NCBI GenBank assembly: GCA_965223415.1
Contig: OZ245002.1
Location: forward strand, 2,912,001-2,976,000
Origin: Myxococcota bacterium
Lineage (GTDB): Bacteria; Myxococcota_A; UBA9160; UBA6930
Direction of reading: 5' to 3'
DNA: 64,000 nt
Positions 20,232 to 29,195 of this stretch are shown here, in pieces; position 1 is the stretch's first letter, and each line of letters opens with the position of its first letter. Both the position numbers and the translations under genes were made by a program. The notes beneath the pieces are model-generated. The model was not told where the DNA came from. It saw nothing but the letters and a program-made list of their open reading frames with translations, and did not search any database.

Positions 20232-22774
20232 GCCGGCGCTTCGTCCCGGCGATGACCGCTCGCGAGCTGCGCGGCTCCGGGCGACGGCTCGCCCTGTACG
20301 GCGCCTGCATGGCGCTCGGCATCGCGGCCCTGGTGGCCCTCTCGGGGCTGCGCGTCTCGATCGCCGACGCGGTGGCGGGACGCGCACGGGAGCTGATGGG
20401 CGCGGATCTGATGCTCCGCGCCCGCACGCCCTTCTCCGAGCCGGTCGAGGCGGAGATCGCCCGGCTCACGCAGGACGGCGGCGCCGTCTCGCGGGTGACG
20501 AGCTTCGCGTCCATGGCGCTGGCCGAACGCTCGGGGCGCAGCCGGCTGGTGCACGTCCAGGCGCCGGAGCCGGGCTTTCCCTTCCACGGCGAGGTGCGGA
20601 CGGATCCGCCGGACCAGTGGTCGCGTCTGGCCGAGGGCGCCCATGCGGTGGTGGACCCGGCCGTGCTCATCCAGCTCGACGCGGAGGTGGGCGACCTGCT
20701 GCGGGTCGGCCGTGAGCGGTTCACGATCCTGGGCGTGGCGACGCGGGCGCCGGGGACCTTCGGCCTGCGCGCGTCGGTGGCGCCGCGGGTGTTCATCCCG
20801 GCGAGCCGGCTCGAGGCGACGGGCCTGGTCCAGCAGGGCTCGATGGTCGAGTACCTGGCCTACCTGCGCGCCGGGGGAGACCTGGACGGCTGGGCTCGGG
20901 AGAAGCGCTCGTTCCTGGAAGCCGAGCGGACCACGGCCCGAACCGTGAGCCGCTACCAGGACGACCTCTCCGAGAGCTTCGGTGCGCTCACCCGCTACCT
21001 CGGGCTGGTCGGCCTGACGGCGCTCTTGCTAGGCGGCGTGGGTGTGGCGGCGGGCATCCGTGTGTTCGTGCAGGAGAAGCTCGACACCGCGGCGGTGCTT
21101 CGCGCACTGGGAGCACGCTCCGGCGAGGTAATGCGCGTCTACCTGGGCCAGGCGGCGGTGCTGGGCCTGGCCGGCGGCGCCCTCGGCGTGGCGCTGGGCT
21201 ACGGCGTGCAGGCGCTCCTGCCGAGGGTGCTGGCGGGCTTCCTGCCCGTGGCGCTTCCCTTCCGGCCGGATCCGTGGGTCGGCGCGCTCGGCTTCGCCCT
21301 GGGACTCGGTGTGGCGGTGGTGTTCGCGGCGTGGCCGCTCCTCGAGCTGCGGGAGGTGGCGCCCCTGCGGGCCCTGCGTCGGGACGTGGAGCCCCGCGCC
21401 GCGGGCGCGATGCCCACGCCGTGGGTGCCCGTGCTGCTCGCGGCGGCGCTGCTGGGCGCTGCCTTGTGGCAGGCGCCGACGCCGAAGGTCGGCCTGGCCT
21501 TCGGCGCGGGGCTGTTGGCGGCGCTCGGCGTCCTGGCCGGGGCGGCGCGGGGGCTGATCGGCGCGCTTCGTCGCCACGTTCCCCGCAGCGCGCCCTATTG
21601 GCTGCGGCAGGGCGTCGCGAACCTCTTCCGCCCCAAGAACCAGACCCTGCCGACGACACTGACCATCGGCTTCGGCCTCTTCCTCGTCGCGAGCGTGCAG
21701 CTCCTGCAGACGAACCTGCTCTCGGAGCTCCGGGACGACGCGGCACCGGACCGCCCGAACCTGGTGCTCTTCGACGTGCAGCGGGACCAGCGCGACGCGG
21801 TCGTCGGACTGCTGGAGGAGCGCGGCGTGCGCCTCGACGACCGCGCGCCGATGGTGGCGGCCCGCATCGCGGGCATCGACGGGCGCACGGCGGAGACGGT
21901 GCTCGCCGAGCGCGGCCGCGAGGCACCTCGGAACGAGGAAGAGCGCGACGCCCGCTGGGCCCTTCGCCGTGAGTACCGCCTCACCTATCGCGCCGACCTC
22001 AAGGAGACGGAAGAGGTGGTGGAGGGCCGCTGGTGGAACGAGGCGGCGAGCGGGGACGCTCCGACGCCGGTCTCCATCGAGCGCGAGCTAGCGGAGACCC
22101 TGGGCGTCTCCGTCGGCGACCGGGTGCAGTGGGACGTGCAGGGCGTGCCGATCGAGAGCGTCGTGACCAGCCTGCGCGAGGTGGACTGGGGCCGCTTCGC
22201 GACGAACTTCTTCGTCGTGTTCCCGCCGGGCGTGCTCGAGGAGGCGCCCCAGAGCATCGTGCTCATCGGCCACCTGCCGGGCGAGGAGGCCCGGGCGGTC
22301 CTCCAGCGGGATCTCGTCGGGCGCTTCCCGAACCTGAGCGTCCTCGACGCGACGCAGCTGCTGCGCGCCGTCGACACGATCGTGCGTCAGGTGAGCCTGG
22401 CGGTGCGCTTCATGGCCGCTTTCACCCTGGCGACGGGCCTGGTGGTGCTGCTCGCCGCCGCGAGCACCGCGCGCTTCCAGCGCGTGCGCGAAGCACTGTT
22501 GCTGCGCACCCTGGGCGGCCGCGCCCGAACCCTGCGGCGCATCCTCACCACCGAGTCCTTCCTGCTGGGTGCCCTGGCCGCGACCGTCGGCCTGGGCCTG
22601 GCGGGCATGGCCGCCTGGGCCCTCGTCATCTTCCTCTTCGAGCAGCCCTTCCGGCTGCCGGTGACGGACCTGGCCGCCCTCTGGCTCGCGACGGTCCTCC
22701 TCGCCACCGCCCTCGGCTGGAGCCACGCCCGCCCCGTCCTGCGCAGCCCACCCCTCGCCGGCCTCCGCGAATGA
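20228..22774 (+). CDS. ybbP: ABC transporter permease (YbbP-like, duplicated FtsX domains)
   Basis: 848 aa, two FtsX-like halves, NLVLFDVQ, REVDW...NFFVVF; tesA-ybbA-ybbP synteny. Confidence 0.9.
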   Translation: MSRRFVPAMTARELRGSGRRLALYGACMALGIAALVALSGLRVSIADAVAGRARELMGADLMLRARTPFSEPVEAEIARLTQDGGAVSRVTSFASMALAERSGRSRLVHVQAPEPGFPFHGEVRTDPPDQWSRLAEGAHAVVDPAVLIQLDAEVGDLLRVGRERFTILGVATRAPGTFGLRASVAPRVFIPASRLEATGLVQQGSMVEYLAYLRAGGDLDGWAREKRSFLEAERTTARTVSRYQDDLSESFGALTRYLGLVGLTALLLGGVGVAAGIRVFVQEKLDTAAVLRALGARSGEVMRVYLGQAAVLGLAGGALGVALGYGVQALLPRVLAGFLPVALPFRPDPWVGALGFALGLGVAVVFAAWPLLELREVAPLRALRRDVEPRAAGAMPTPWVPVLLAAALLGAALWQAPTPKVGLAFGAGLLAALGVLAGAARGLIGALRRHVPRSAPYWLRQGVANLFRPKNQTLPTTLTIGFGLFLVASVQLLQTNLLSELRDDAAPDRPNLVLFDVQRDQRDAVVGLLEERGVRLDDRAPMVAARIAGIDGRTAETVLAERGREAPRNEEERDARWALRREYRLTYRADLKETEEVVEGRWWNEAASGDAPTPVSIERELAETLGVSVGDRVQWDVQGVPIESVVTSLREVDWGRFATNFFVVFPPGVLEEAPQSIVLIGHLPGEEARAVLQRDLVGRFPNLSVLDATQLLRAVDTIVRQVSLAVRFMAAFTLATGLVVLLAAASTARFQRVREALLLRTLGGRARTLRRILTTESFLLGALAATVGLGLAGMAAWALVIFLFEQPFRLPVTDLAALWLATVLLATALGWSHARPVLRSPPLAGLRE

Positions 22775-22856
22775 AGAAGCGGGGCCAGAGTTAAGAATTC
22801 AGTTACCCCCCGAAGGGGGGTAACTGAATTCTTAACTCTGGCCCCGCTTCTTCATT
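22770..22856. repeat. Perfect long palindrome, copy 2 (42-bp arms, GAA loop); same family as 8580-8648
   Basis: AATGAAGAAGCGGGGCCAGAGTTAAGAATTCAGTTACCCCCC (22770-22811) is the exact reverse complement of 22815-22856; lies between convergent stop codons. Confidence 0.95.
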
Positions 22857-24209
22857 TCAGCGGCGGGCGCGGCATTCTGCGAGGCCGGTGGGGGGGCTCG
22901 TCAGGGGCTGCACACCGGCGGGGAAGTCGCCGGGGAGCTGCTTGGTGAGGATCTCGCTGCGCCGCATCTCGGCCCGGCGAAGCGGGTCGTCCTGGCCATC
23001 GGGCTGGCGGAGGGGGTCGGCCTCGCCGAGGCCCACGGCACGCGAGCGCCTCAGGAAGAGCTCCTGCGCATCGGGGTCAGCGGCGAGCTGCTCCGCGATG
23101 TAGGAGCGCACCTCCCAGGCCCGGAGCTCCGACAGGCACTGGTTGTAGCCGGCCGTGTCGATCGGGTCCGTGCGGCCCGTGATGAAGATGGGCTCGTCCG
23201 GGTTCCGACGCAGGGCGTCGGTGATCTTCGGCAGGAAGGCCCGCAGCTGGCGGGGGCCGAGAGCGTCGGGGCAGGGCCCGGGGCGTTCCTCGCGTTGGCG
23301 GTTCGCCGCCAGGCTCTCGGCGTAGGCCTCCGCCGCGTCGCTCGCCGAGCGCACGTAACACAGCGAGTACTGGTTGAACAGGAAGTTCAGGGAGAAGGTG
23401 ATGCCCGGGCCCGTCGGCACGCTGGGCGCCACGTCCCCCGGACCGAGCATCACATCGCGCACCAGCTGCAGGACGCCAGCACCGTCGCCGCCCCCGGCGG
23501 CCGGCGCGAGCTCCTCGCCCTTCCGGAAGCCGCCGCACGCGGTCAGCGCCCCGAGGTCGCGCATCAGCTTCTCACCGGAAACCTCGTCCGTCGGCAGGTC
23601 CTGTCCGACGTGCACCGCCCACAGGCACACCTCGCCAGCGCTCTCCTGCACGAGGGCCTTGGCGACGTCGATCGCCTCCTGCTGCAAGGCTTCGTTGGGG
23701 CCGCTCCCGTTGTCGCCGAGGCCGTCGCTGAAGATCACCACGGCCTTGCGCAGCTCACCGGCGCCCACCGCATCGTGAGAGAGACGCAGCACGTAGGGAA
23801 TCGGCGTGAAGGTCTCGGTGCGGGAGGCGAAGCCGTCCGCATCGGCGCGCAGCGTCGCCGGGTCGTAGGGCGCCGCGGCGGGGACACCGGGCAGGAACGA
23901 AGTCGAGCGGAAGCCCGTGAACGAGGCCAGGTAGTCCGTCGGCGCGCCGGAGCGGGTGGGTGCGTCCGGCGAGGGCAGGCCGGCGACGAAGGACCTCGCG
24001 AGCTGGGAGCCCAGCGAGAAGCTCCCGCGGTCGTGCATCGTGCCCGAGCCGTCGAGTAGGACCACGGCCTGGTTCGTGATGCGCACCTCCGCATCCCCGA
24101 TCTCCACCGGCGACGTGACGAGTCCGGGCAGCTCGGGCGGCGGCACGGGCGTCGCGCAGGCGAGCGCCAACGCGAGCAGCGGCGGGAAGGTGCGGACACG
24201 GGCGTGCAT
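22857..24209 (-). CDS. VWA-domain plus OmpA-like C-terminal domain lipoprotein
   Basis: LALAC lipobox, VLLDGSGT, IFSDG, ITGRTD...YNQCLSELRA...GLGEADP. Confidence 0.8.
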   Translation of the reverse strand: MHARVRTFPPLLALALACATPVPPPELPGLVTSPVEIGDAEVRITNQAVVLLDGSGTMHDRGSFSLGSQLARSFVAGLPSPDAPTRSGAPTDYLASFTGFRSTSFLPGVPAAAPYDPATLRADADGFASRTETFTPIPYVLRLSHDAVGAGELRKAVVIFSDGLGDNGSGPNEALQQEAIDVAKALVQESAGEVCLWAVHVGQDLPTDEVSGEKLMRDLGALTACGGFRKGEELAPAAGGGDGAGVLQLVRDVMLGPGDVAPSVPTGPGITFSLNFLFNQYSLCYVRSASDAAEAYAESLAANRQREERPGPCPDALGPRQLRAFLPKITDALRRNPDEPIFITGRTDPIDTAGYNQCLSELRAWEVRSYIAEQLAADPDAQELFLRRSRAVGLGEADPLRQPDGQDDPLRRAEMRRSEILTKQLPGDFPAGVQPLTSPPTGLAECRARR

Positions 24210-24283
24210 GGGTGTGGCCCTCCGACGGTTGCCAAATAGGGTGTCAACTCGACGGCGCCGTGGAAAGGGAGAGCCGGACCGTC

Positions 24284-24640
24284 CTAGAACTGCCAGCGGC
24301 CGTCCGCGAATGGGAACAAATGCCGCATCGGGCGGGTGTGGAGCAGGCGACATCCCGCAGAGCGGCCCTGCGGGCACTCGTACCTGGAGCGCTCGTAGTG
24401 GAGGACTCCCAGGTAGGGCAGCAGGGGGTCGCCGGTCTCCTCGATCTCGATGCGATAGGAGCCGCTGAACCGCCAGATCGGAGCGCCACCGGTGCGAGCG
24501 CGCTCCATCCACCTCTCTGCGAAGCTCGCGAACGAGCGCGTCACCTCCTGGGGCGACGGAATGGCGGTGGACGCCGCCGCATCGGTGGCGCCGGCCCAGG
24601 CGAGCAGGAGCAGAGCGGGCAGGGCACGGTGGAGCAACAT
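24284..24640 (-). CDS. Hypothetical exported protein
   Basis: Signal peptide; PYLGVLHY, Cys pair, aromatic C-terminus DGRWQF. Confidence 0.65.
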   Translation of the reverse strand: MLLHRALPALLLLAWAGATDAAASTAIPSPQEVTRSFASFAERWMERARTGGAPIWRFSGSYRIEIEETGDPLLPYLGVLHYERSRYECPQGRSAGCRLLHTRPMRHLFPFADGRWQF

Positions 24641-24737
24641 GAACGGGGATCCCTCCCGAGGATCGGCTCGGCGGCCGGGGGAGCGGCGGCCCCAGGTTAG
24701 CGCGAACCGGCGGGCCGAGATCCCCTACGCTCGCTTC

Positions 24738-25706
24738 GTGCTCTCGCTGCGCGGACGTCACCTCCTCGCCGTACTCCTCCTCGCCTGCACGGCCCCGCCC
24801 CAGCCGATCCCGCCCGGGCCGATCGACGTCCAGGGCCACCGGGGCGCCCGCGGCCTGCTGCCGGAGAACACGCTGCCCGCCTTCGAGCATGCTCTGGAGC
24901 TGGGCGTCACCACCCTGGAGCTCGACCTGGGAAGGACCCGCGACGGCACCCTCGTCGTGACGCACGATCCGCGGATCGAGCCCGGTGTGTGCCTCGGCCC
25001 CCAGGGCACACCGGTCGCCGAGCCGGGGCCCCGCATCCATGAGCTCACCCTGGCCGAGGTCCAGGCCTTCGACTGCGGGAGCCTGAACCCGGACCCGGCC
25101 CGCTTTCCCGAGCCACCGCGCCGCGCCGTGCCCGGGGCGCGCATCCCCACCCTGGGCGAGGTGCTCGACCTGGCCGCTCGCCGCGGCGACGATGGGGTTC
25201 GCTTCAACGTCGAGGTGAAGGTGGTGCCGGGCAGCGAGGACACGCCGGCCCTGGAGCCTTTCGTCGCGGAGGTCATCCGGGTGCTGGAGCGCCACGACGT
25301 GGTGGCGCGAGCGACGCTCCAATCCTTCGATTGGCGCGCCCTCGCCGTGGCCAAGCGCCTCGAGCCCAGGCTGCGCACCGTCGCCCTGCTGGCCCGCGAC
25401 ACCCTGGACGCGCGCTGGCTCGCGGGCCTCGAGCCCGAACGACACGACGGCGTGCCGGGCCTGCTCCGCGCCGCCCGCTCCTTCGTCGACGACTTCTCGC
25501 CGAGCTGGCGGCTGCTCCTGCCGCGCCTCGGGCGCGGCCTCGACGTCGCCGCCCTCCAGCGGGAAGGCTTCCAGGTGATCCCCTGGACCGTGAACGACCG
25601 CGCCACCATGGAGCGGCTCCTGGCCCTGGGCGTCGACGGCATCATCACCGACTACCCGGATCGGCTGCTCGCGCTCCTGCGGGATCACGGGATCGCCGCC
25701 CGCTAG
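24738..25706 (+). CDS. Glycerophosphodiester phosphodiesterase
   Basis: QGHRGARGLLPENT, LELD, VTHD, QSFD, WTVND, GIITDYP; start approximate. Confidence 0.92.
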   Translation: MLSLRGRHLLAVLLLACTAPPQPIPPGPIDVQGHRGARGLLPENTLPAFEHALELGVTTLELDLGRTRDGTLVVTHDPRIEPGVCLGPQGTPVAEPGPRIHELTLAEVQAFDCGSLNPDPARFPEPPRRAVPGARIPTLGEVLDLAARRGDDGVRFNVEVKVVPGSEDTPALEPFVAEVIRVLERHDVVARATLQSFDWRALAVAKRLEPRLRTVALLARDTLDARWLAGLEPERHDGVPGLLRAARSFVDDFSPSWRLLLPRLGRGLDVAALQREGFQVIPWTVNDRATMERLLALGVDGIITDYPDRLLALLRDHGIAAR

Positions 25707-25715
25707 GCTCGCGCG

Positions 25716-26177
25716 ATGACACGAGCCCACCTCCTCTCCGCCGCCTTCGCTCTCCTGGTCGCCCTCTCCGCCGGACCCGCCCGGGCCGAGGCGCCGACCA
25801 TCAAGGTCTACAAGTCCCCGACCTGCGGCTGCTGCAACGACTGGATCGACCACCTGAAGGCGAACGGCTTCCGGGTGGAGGCCGAGAACCGGAGCGACAT
25901 GCAGACGGTCAAGGCGAGCAATGGGATCCCGAGCAAGCTCAGCTCCTGCCACACGGGCTTCGTCGGCGGCTACTTCGTCGAGGGTCACGTGCCCGCCGCC
26001 CAGATCCAGCGGCTGCTGCGGGAGAAGCCCGAGCTGGCCGGCCTCTCGGTGCCGGAGATGCCGATCGGCTCGCCGGGCATGGAAGGGCCGAACCCGGAGC
26101 CCTACGACGTGCTCGCCATCGGCAGCGACGGGACCGCCCGCGTGTGGTCCTCCCACGGGCCCGGGCACGAGCACTGA
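25716..26177 (+). CDS. DUF411 metal-binding protein
   Basis: YKSPTCGCC, SCHT, EGHVP, GSPGME. Confidence 0.92.
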   Translation: MTRAHLLSAAFALLVALSAGPARAEAPTIKVYKSPTCGCCNDWIDHLKANGFRVEAENRSDMQTVKASNGIPSKLSSCHTGFVGGYFVEGHVPAAQIQRLLREKPELAGLSVPEMPIGSPGMEGPNPEPYDVLAIGSDGTARVWSSHGPGHEH

Positions 26178-26224
26178 CCGACGAGCTACCCTCCCGAGGA
26201 CGCGAGAAGACGGGAGGGCAGGTG

Positions 26225-27073
26225 ATGACGGACTTCCGCACCCCGACGACGCTCGGGACCACCGGCCTCCAGGTGGGCCGGCTCGGCATCGGATCGAGCT
26301 TCGGCGCGCCGACGAACGTGATCGAGGACGCCGTCGAGCGCGGTGCCAACTACCTCTACTGGGGCTCGATCCGCCGCCCGGCCTTCGGCCGCGCCATGCG
26401 CAACGTGGCGAAACGAAATCGCGACGGCGTCGTGCTCACGATCCAGTCCTACTCCCGGGTGCCCGCCCTGACGGGGCCCTCCGTCGAGCTCTCCCTGCGC
26501 CGGATCGGCGTCGACTACTTCGACTTCCTGCTCCTCGGCATGTGGAACAAGCGGCCGAGCGACGGGCTGATCGAGACGGCGCTGCGCCTGAAGGAGCAGG
26601 GCAAGGTGCGTCACCTGATGATGAGCACCCACAATCGCCCGTTCCTGCCCTCGATGTTCGAGGAGTACGAGAAGGGCGAGAGCCCTTTCGACGTGTTCAT
26701 GTTCCGCTACAACGCGGTGCACCGCGGGGCCGAGCGCGATGTCTTCCCCTTCGTCCCGGGATCGCCGAAGCCCGGCATCATCACCTACACCACGACGCGG
26801 TGGGGTCACCTGCTCGACCCGAAGAAGATGCCCCCCGGCGAGGCGCCGCCGCCAGCCAGCGATTGCTACCGCTTCGCCCTCTCCCACGACGCCGTCGACG
26901 TCGCCCTGTGCGGCCCCGCCGACGAATCCCAGATGGAGGAGGCCCTGCGCGCCCTCGAGCGCGGCCCGCTCCGGCCCGAGGAGATGGAGCGGATGCAGCG
27001 CATCGGCGATTTCATCTACGGACACCACAAGGCACAGTTCGGCGACAAGGGCGACGAGCGCCCCGCGGCCTAG
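26225..27073 (+). CDS. Aldo/keto reductase-like protein
   Basis: LGTTGLQVGRLG, LKEQGKVR, STHNR, RYNAVHRGAE. Confidence 0.8.
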   Translation: MTDFRTPTTLGTTGLQVGRLGIGSSFGAPTNVIEDAVERGANYLYWGSIRRPAFGRAMRNVAKRNRDGVVLTIQSYSRVPALTGPSVELSLRRIGVDYFDFLLLGMWNKRPSDGLIETALRLKEQGKVRHLMMSTHNRPFLPSMFEEYEKGESPFDVFMFRYNAVHRGAERDVFPFVPGSPKPGIITYTTTRWGHLLDPKKMPPGEAPPPASDCYRFALSHDAVDVALCGPADESQMEEALRALERGPLRPEEMERMQRIGDFIYGHHKAQFGDKGDERPAA

Positions 27074-27762
27074 TCGAGGGCTTCCCGCCCGCCCAGGGCC
27101 AGGTGCACGGCGGCGAAGACGCGGGGCGAGAGCAGCACGTCCATGTGGCCCAGGTCGTCGAAGACCACGCGCTCGCCGAAGGGCGCTTCCCCGGCGACCC
27201 TGGGCACGACGAGCAGGTCCTGTCCCGCGACGACCGAGAGGAGCTCGACGCTCGGAGGCACCGGCAGCCGGTTCAACCGGCCGATGAACTCGCCCTCGGG
27301 ATCGAACTGGGCCAGCAGGGAGGTCGGCGCGTTCGCCGCAATCCAGGTGCCCTGATGGGGCGTGGCGAGGGTGACGATCCGCGCCACCCGCGCGTGGCCG
27401 CCGAGCGCCTGCACGTACCAGCGCGCGGCGAGCCCCCCCATCGAGTGGGCGACGATCGTGACGGGCCCCTCCGGAGCGGCGCGCTCGACGAAGCGTCCGA
27501 CCTGCTCCCCCATGGCCTCGATCGAATCGGGCACGCCGAAGTTGCGCGAGCGTTGGGCCGCATAGCCCATCAGACGCAGGTAGCCCTGGAGGGGGAAGAA
27601 GCTGGCGCGGTTCATCGCCAGACCGTGCACGAACACCAGGGTGTGTCGCTCGCCGACACCGCGCTGGACGGGGCGCGGCCGCAGGTAGCCGAAGCCGTAG
27701 AGGGCACCCTGGGCGGCCCAGGCGAGAAGCTCCCGGCCGGGGCGCTCCCGGAGGACGCTCAC
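27070..27762 (-). CDS. Alpha/beta hydrolase (lipase/esterase)
   Basis: VFVHG, AHSMGG nucleophile elbow, LATPHQGT, D and GH triad; start approximate. Confidence 0.88.
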   Translation of the reverse strand: MSVLRERPGRELLAWAAQGALYGFGYLRPRPVQRGVGERHTLVFVHGLAMNRASFFPLQGYLRLMGYAAQRSRNFGVPDSIEAMGEQVGRFVERAAPEGPVTIVAHSMGGLAARWYVQALGGHARVARIVTLATPHQGTWIAANAPTSLLAQFDPEGEFIGRLNRLPVPPSVELLSVVAGQDLLVVPRVAGEAPFGERVVFDDLGHMDVLLSPRVFAAVHLALGGREALD

Positions 27763-27772
27763 GGCTCCGACT

Positions 27773-28294
27773 TCACGAGCCGCTGGGCTCGGAGCCGCCG
27801 CGCTCGGAGTCACCGGACTCGAAGCTGCGGGGCAGGCACGCGGGGGCGACGATCAGCGGCGGCCCGCCGCCGTCGCGGATCCCCAGGTAGGCCTGCTCGC
27901 CGGCCCCGAGCTCGCGGCCCGAGAGGGCGCAGACGGTGGCCTGGGCCAGGATCAGGGGCTGGAAGCCGATGACGCCCGCGAGCGGCGGGCCGGCCGAGGG
28001 AGAGGCCCGCTCGGGAAGGGCGGGCCTGGGCAGGGGGGAATCGGCGGGGCGGGCTCGCTCACCGAGCCGGTCGGCGAGGCCCTGGAGCTCGCCCTCGGCC
28101 CGGTCGCTCACGGCGGCCACCGCGTCGACGGCGTCCTCCAGGACGGTCCGCACGACGTTCGAGACCGGCACCCGCATGCTCTCGGCCAGCCGCTTCAGCT
28201 CCTCGGCCAGAACCTCCGGAACCCGGGTGTGGAGCACCTTCTCCTTGCGGGCGCTGCCTCGCTCCGGGTCCCGGCGTCCCGCGTCGTCGGCCAT
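27773..28294 (-). CDS. Ribbon-helix-helix-like DNA-binding protein
   Basis: KVLHTRVPEVLAEELKRLAESMRVPVSNVVRTVLEDA strand-helix-helix pattern. Confidence 0.7.
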   Translation of the reverse strand: MADDAGRRDPERGSARKEKVLHTRVPEVLAEELKRLAESMRVPVSNVVRTVLEDAVDAVAAVSDRAEGELQGLADRLGERARPADSPLPRPALPERASPSAGPPLAGVIGFQPLILAQATVCALSGRELGAGEQAYLGIRDGGGPPLIVAPACLPRSFESGDSERGGSEPSGS

Positions 28295-28323
28295 GAGGAA
28301 CCGTGTAGCACGTCGTGACACGA

Positions 28324-28515
28324 CTAGTCGCGCTCGACTTCGTCCTCGATGTCCTCGGCCAGGCGCGAGAGGGCGTCGGCGGTGGCCTGGAGGCCGTCGG
28401 CGGTCACGCTCATGGCGGTCTGTCCGAGCCTGGCGCCGGCCTGGATCCAGGCCGTGGCCACGTCCATCACGCCGTCCACCACCGGGTCGAGGGGTCGCGG
28501 GGTCTGATCGCTCAT
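28324..28515 (-). CDS. Small acidic helical hypothetical protein (63 aa)
   Basis: MSDQTP start with AGGAGA RBS; co-oriented with the RHH and lipase genes. Confidence 0.65.
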   Translation of the reverse strand: MSDQTPRPLDPVVDGVMDVATAWIQAGARLGQTAMSVTADGLQATADALSRLAEDIEDEVERD

Positions 28516-28538
28516 CGGGAGTCTCCTGTGTCGGGAAC

Positions 28539-28566
28539 GTGATACGTTTGTATCACAACGTACTAC
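28539..28566. promoter_or_regulatory. Operator-like phased boxes upstream of the RHH operon
   Basis: GTGATAC-N4-GTATCAC inverted repeat plus a third box GTACTAC. Confidence 0.6.
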
Positions 28567-28999
28567 GACGTCAAGGGTACCCGGAACGGCGAGCAAGTGG
28601 CGATGGCGACGGCCGCCATCAGGGCGAGCTGGGGCGGAGCCGAAGCCCGCCCAGAGCGCGGGCGAGGCACAGGCCGGCCACCGAGCCGATGGTGATCGCG
28701 GCGAGCACCCAGGCCAGCCCCACCGCCCAGCGCCCGCCGGGCCGGAACACGGCCAGCGAAGCCCAGCATCGCGAGCCTGCCGCCGCCGAGCCGGATACGG
28801 CCGACCACGCTGAAGCGGATGGTGAGGGCCGTCTCCACCTCGAGGCCGATCGGCGTGGGAATGGGCATGGTGAGGGTGCCGAGCCCGCCGGCGCCGAGCA
28901 GCGCGAGGCCGAGCCAGCGTTCCGTGGCCCCCGGCCGGGCCACGAGCCGCTTGCCCAGGAAGTCGCGGGCACGTAGAGCAGGTGGCAGACGGCGCCCAT
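28563..28999 (-). pseudogene. Possible frameshifted membrane-protein remnant
   Basis: Hydrophobic segments alternate between two reading frames (WLGLALLGAGGLG; WAVGLAWVLAAITIG). Confidence 0.3.
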
Positions 29000-29054
29000 C
29001 GCTCCCACCTCCGACCGGGTCGGCCTGCGATGGGTCTCGGTTGCGTCGACCGGC

Positions 29055-29195
29055 TCAGGGAAGCGGGCGGAGCTCGGACGTGACGGTGCTGTAGACGGGA
29101 GCGTCGTCGCCGAGCGAGGGCGGGCCGATGGCCGCGAGGGTTCCCAGTACCAGAAAGACGACGACGAACAGAAGCGCGACCATGTGCTCGTTCAT
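29055..29195 (-). CDS. Small single-TM protein (46 aa), absent from the ORF track
   Basis: MNEHMVALLFVVVFLVLGTLAAIGPPSLGDDAPVYSTVTSELRPLP; AGGAG 7 nt upstream of ATG. Confidence 0.55.
   Translation of the reverse strand: MNEHMVALLFVVVFLVLGTLAAIGPPSLGDDAPVYSTVTSELRPLP

Noticed and set aside
8580..22856. Palindromes as CRISPR repeats
   Set aside because: Only two isolated copies 14 kb apart, no repeat-spacer periodicity and no cas genes in the window.
24210..26174. N-terminal 655 aa of the 1105-aa ORF 22857..26174
   Set aside because: Antisense to the GDPD and DUF411 genes; the real lipoprotein begins at about 24209.
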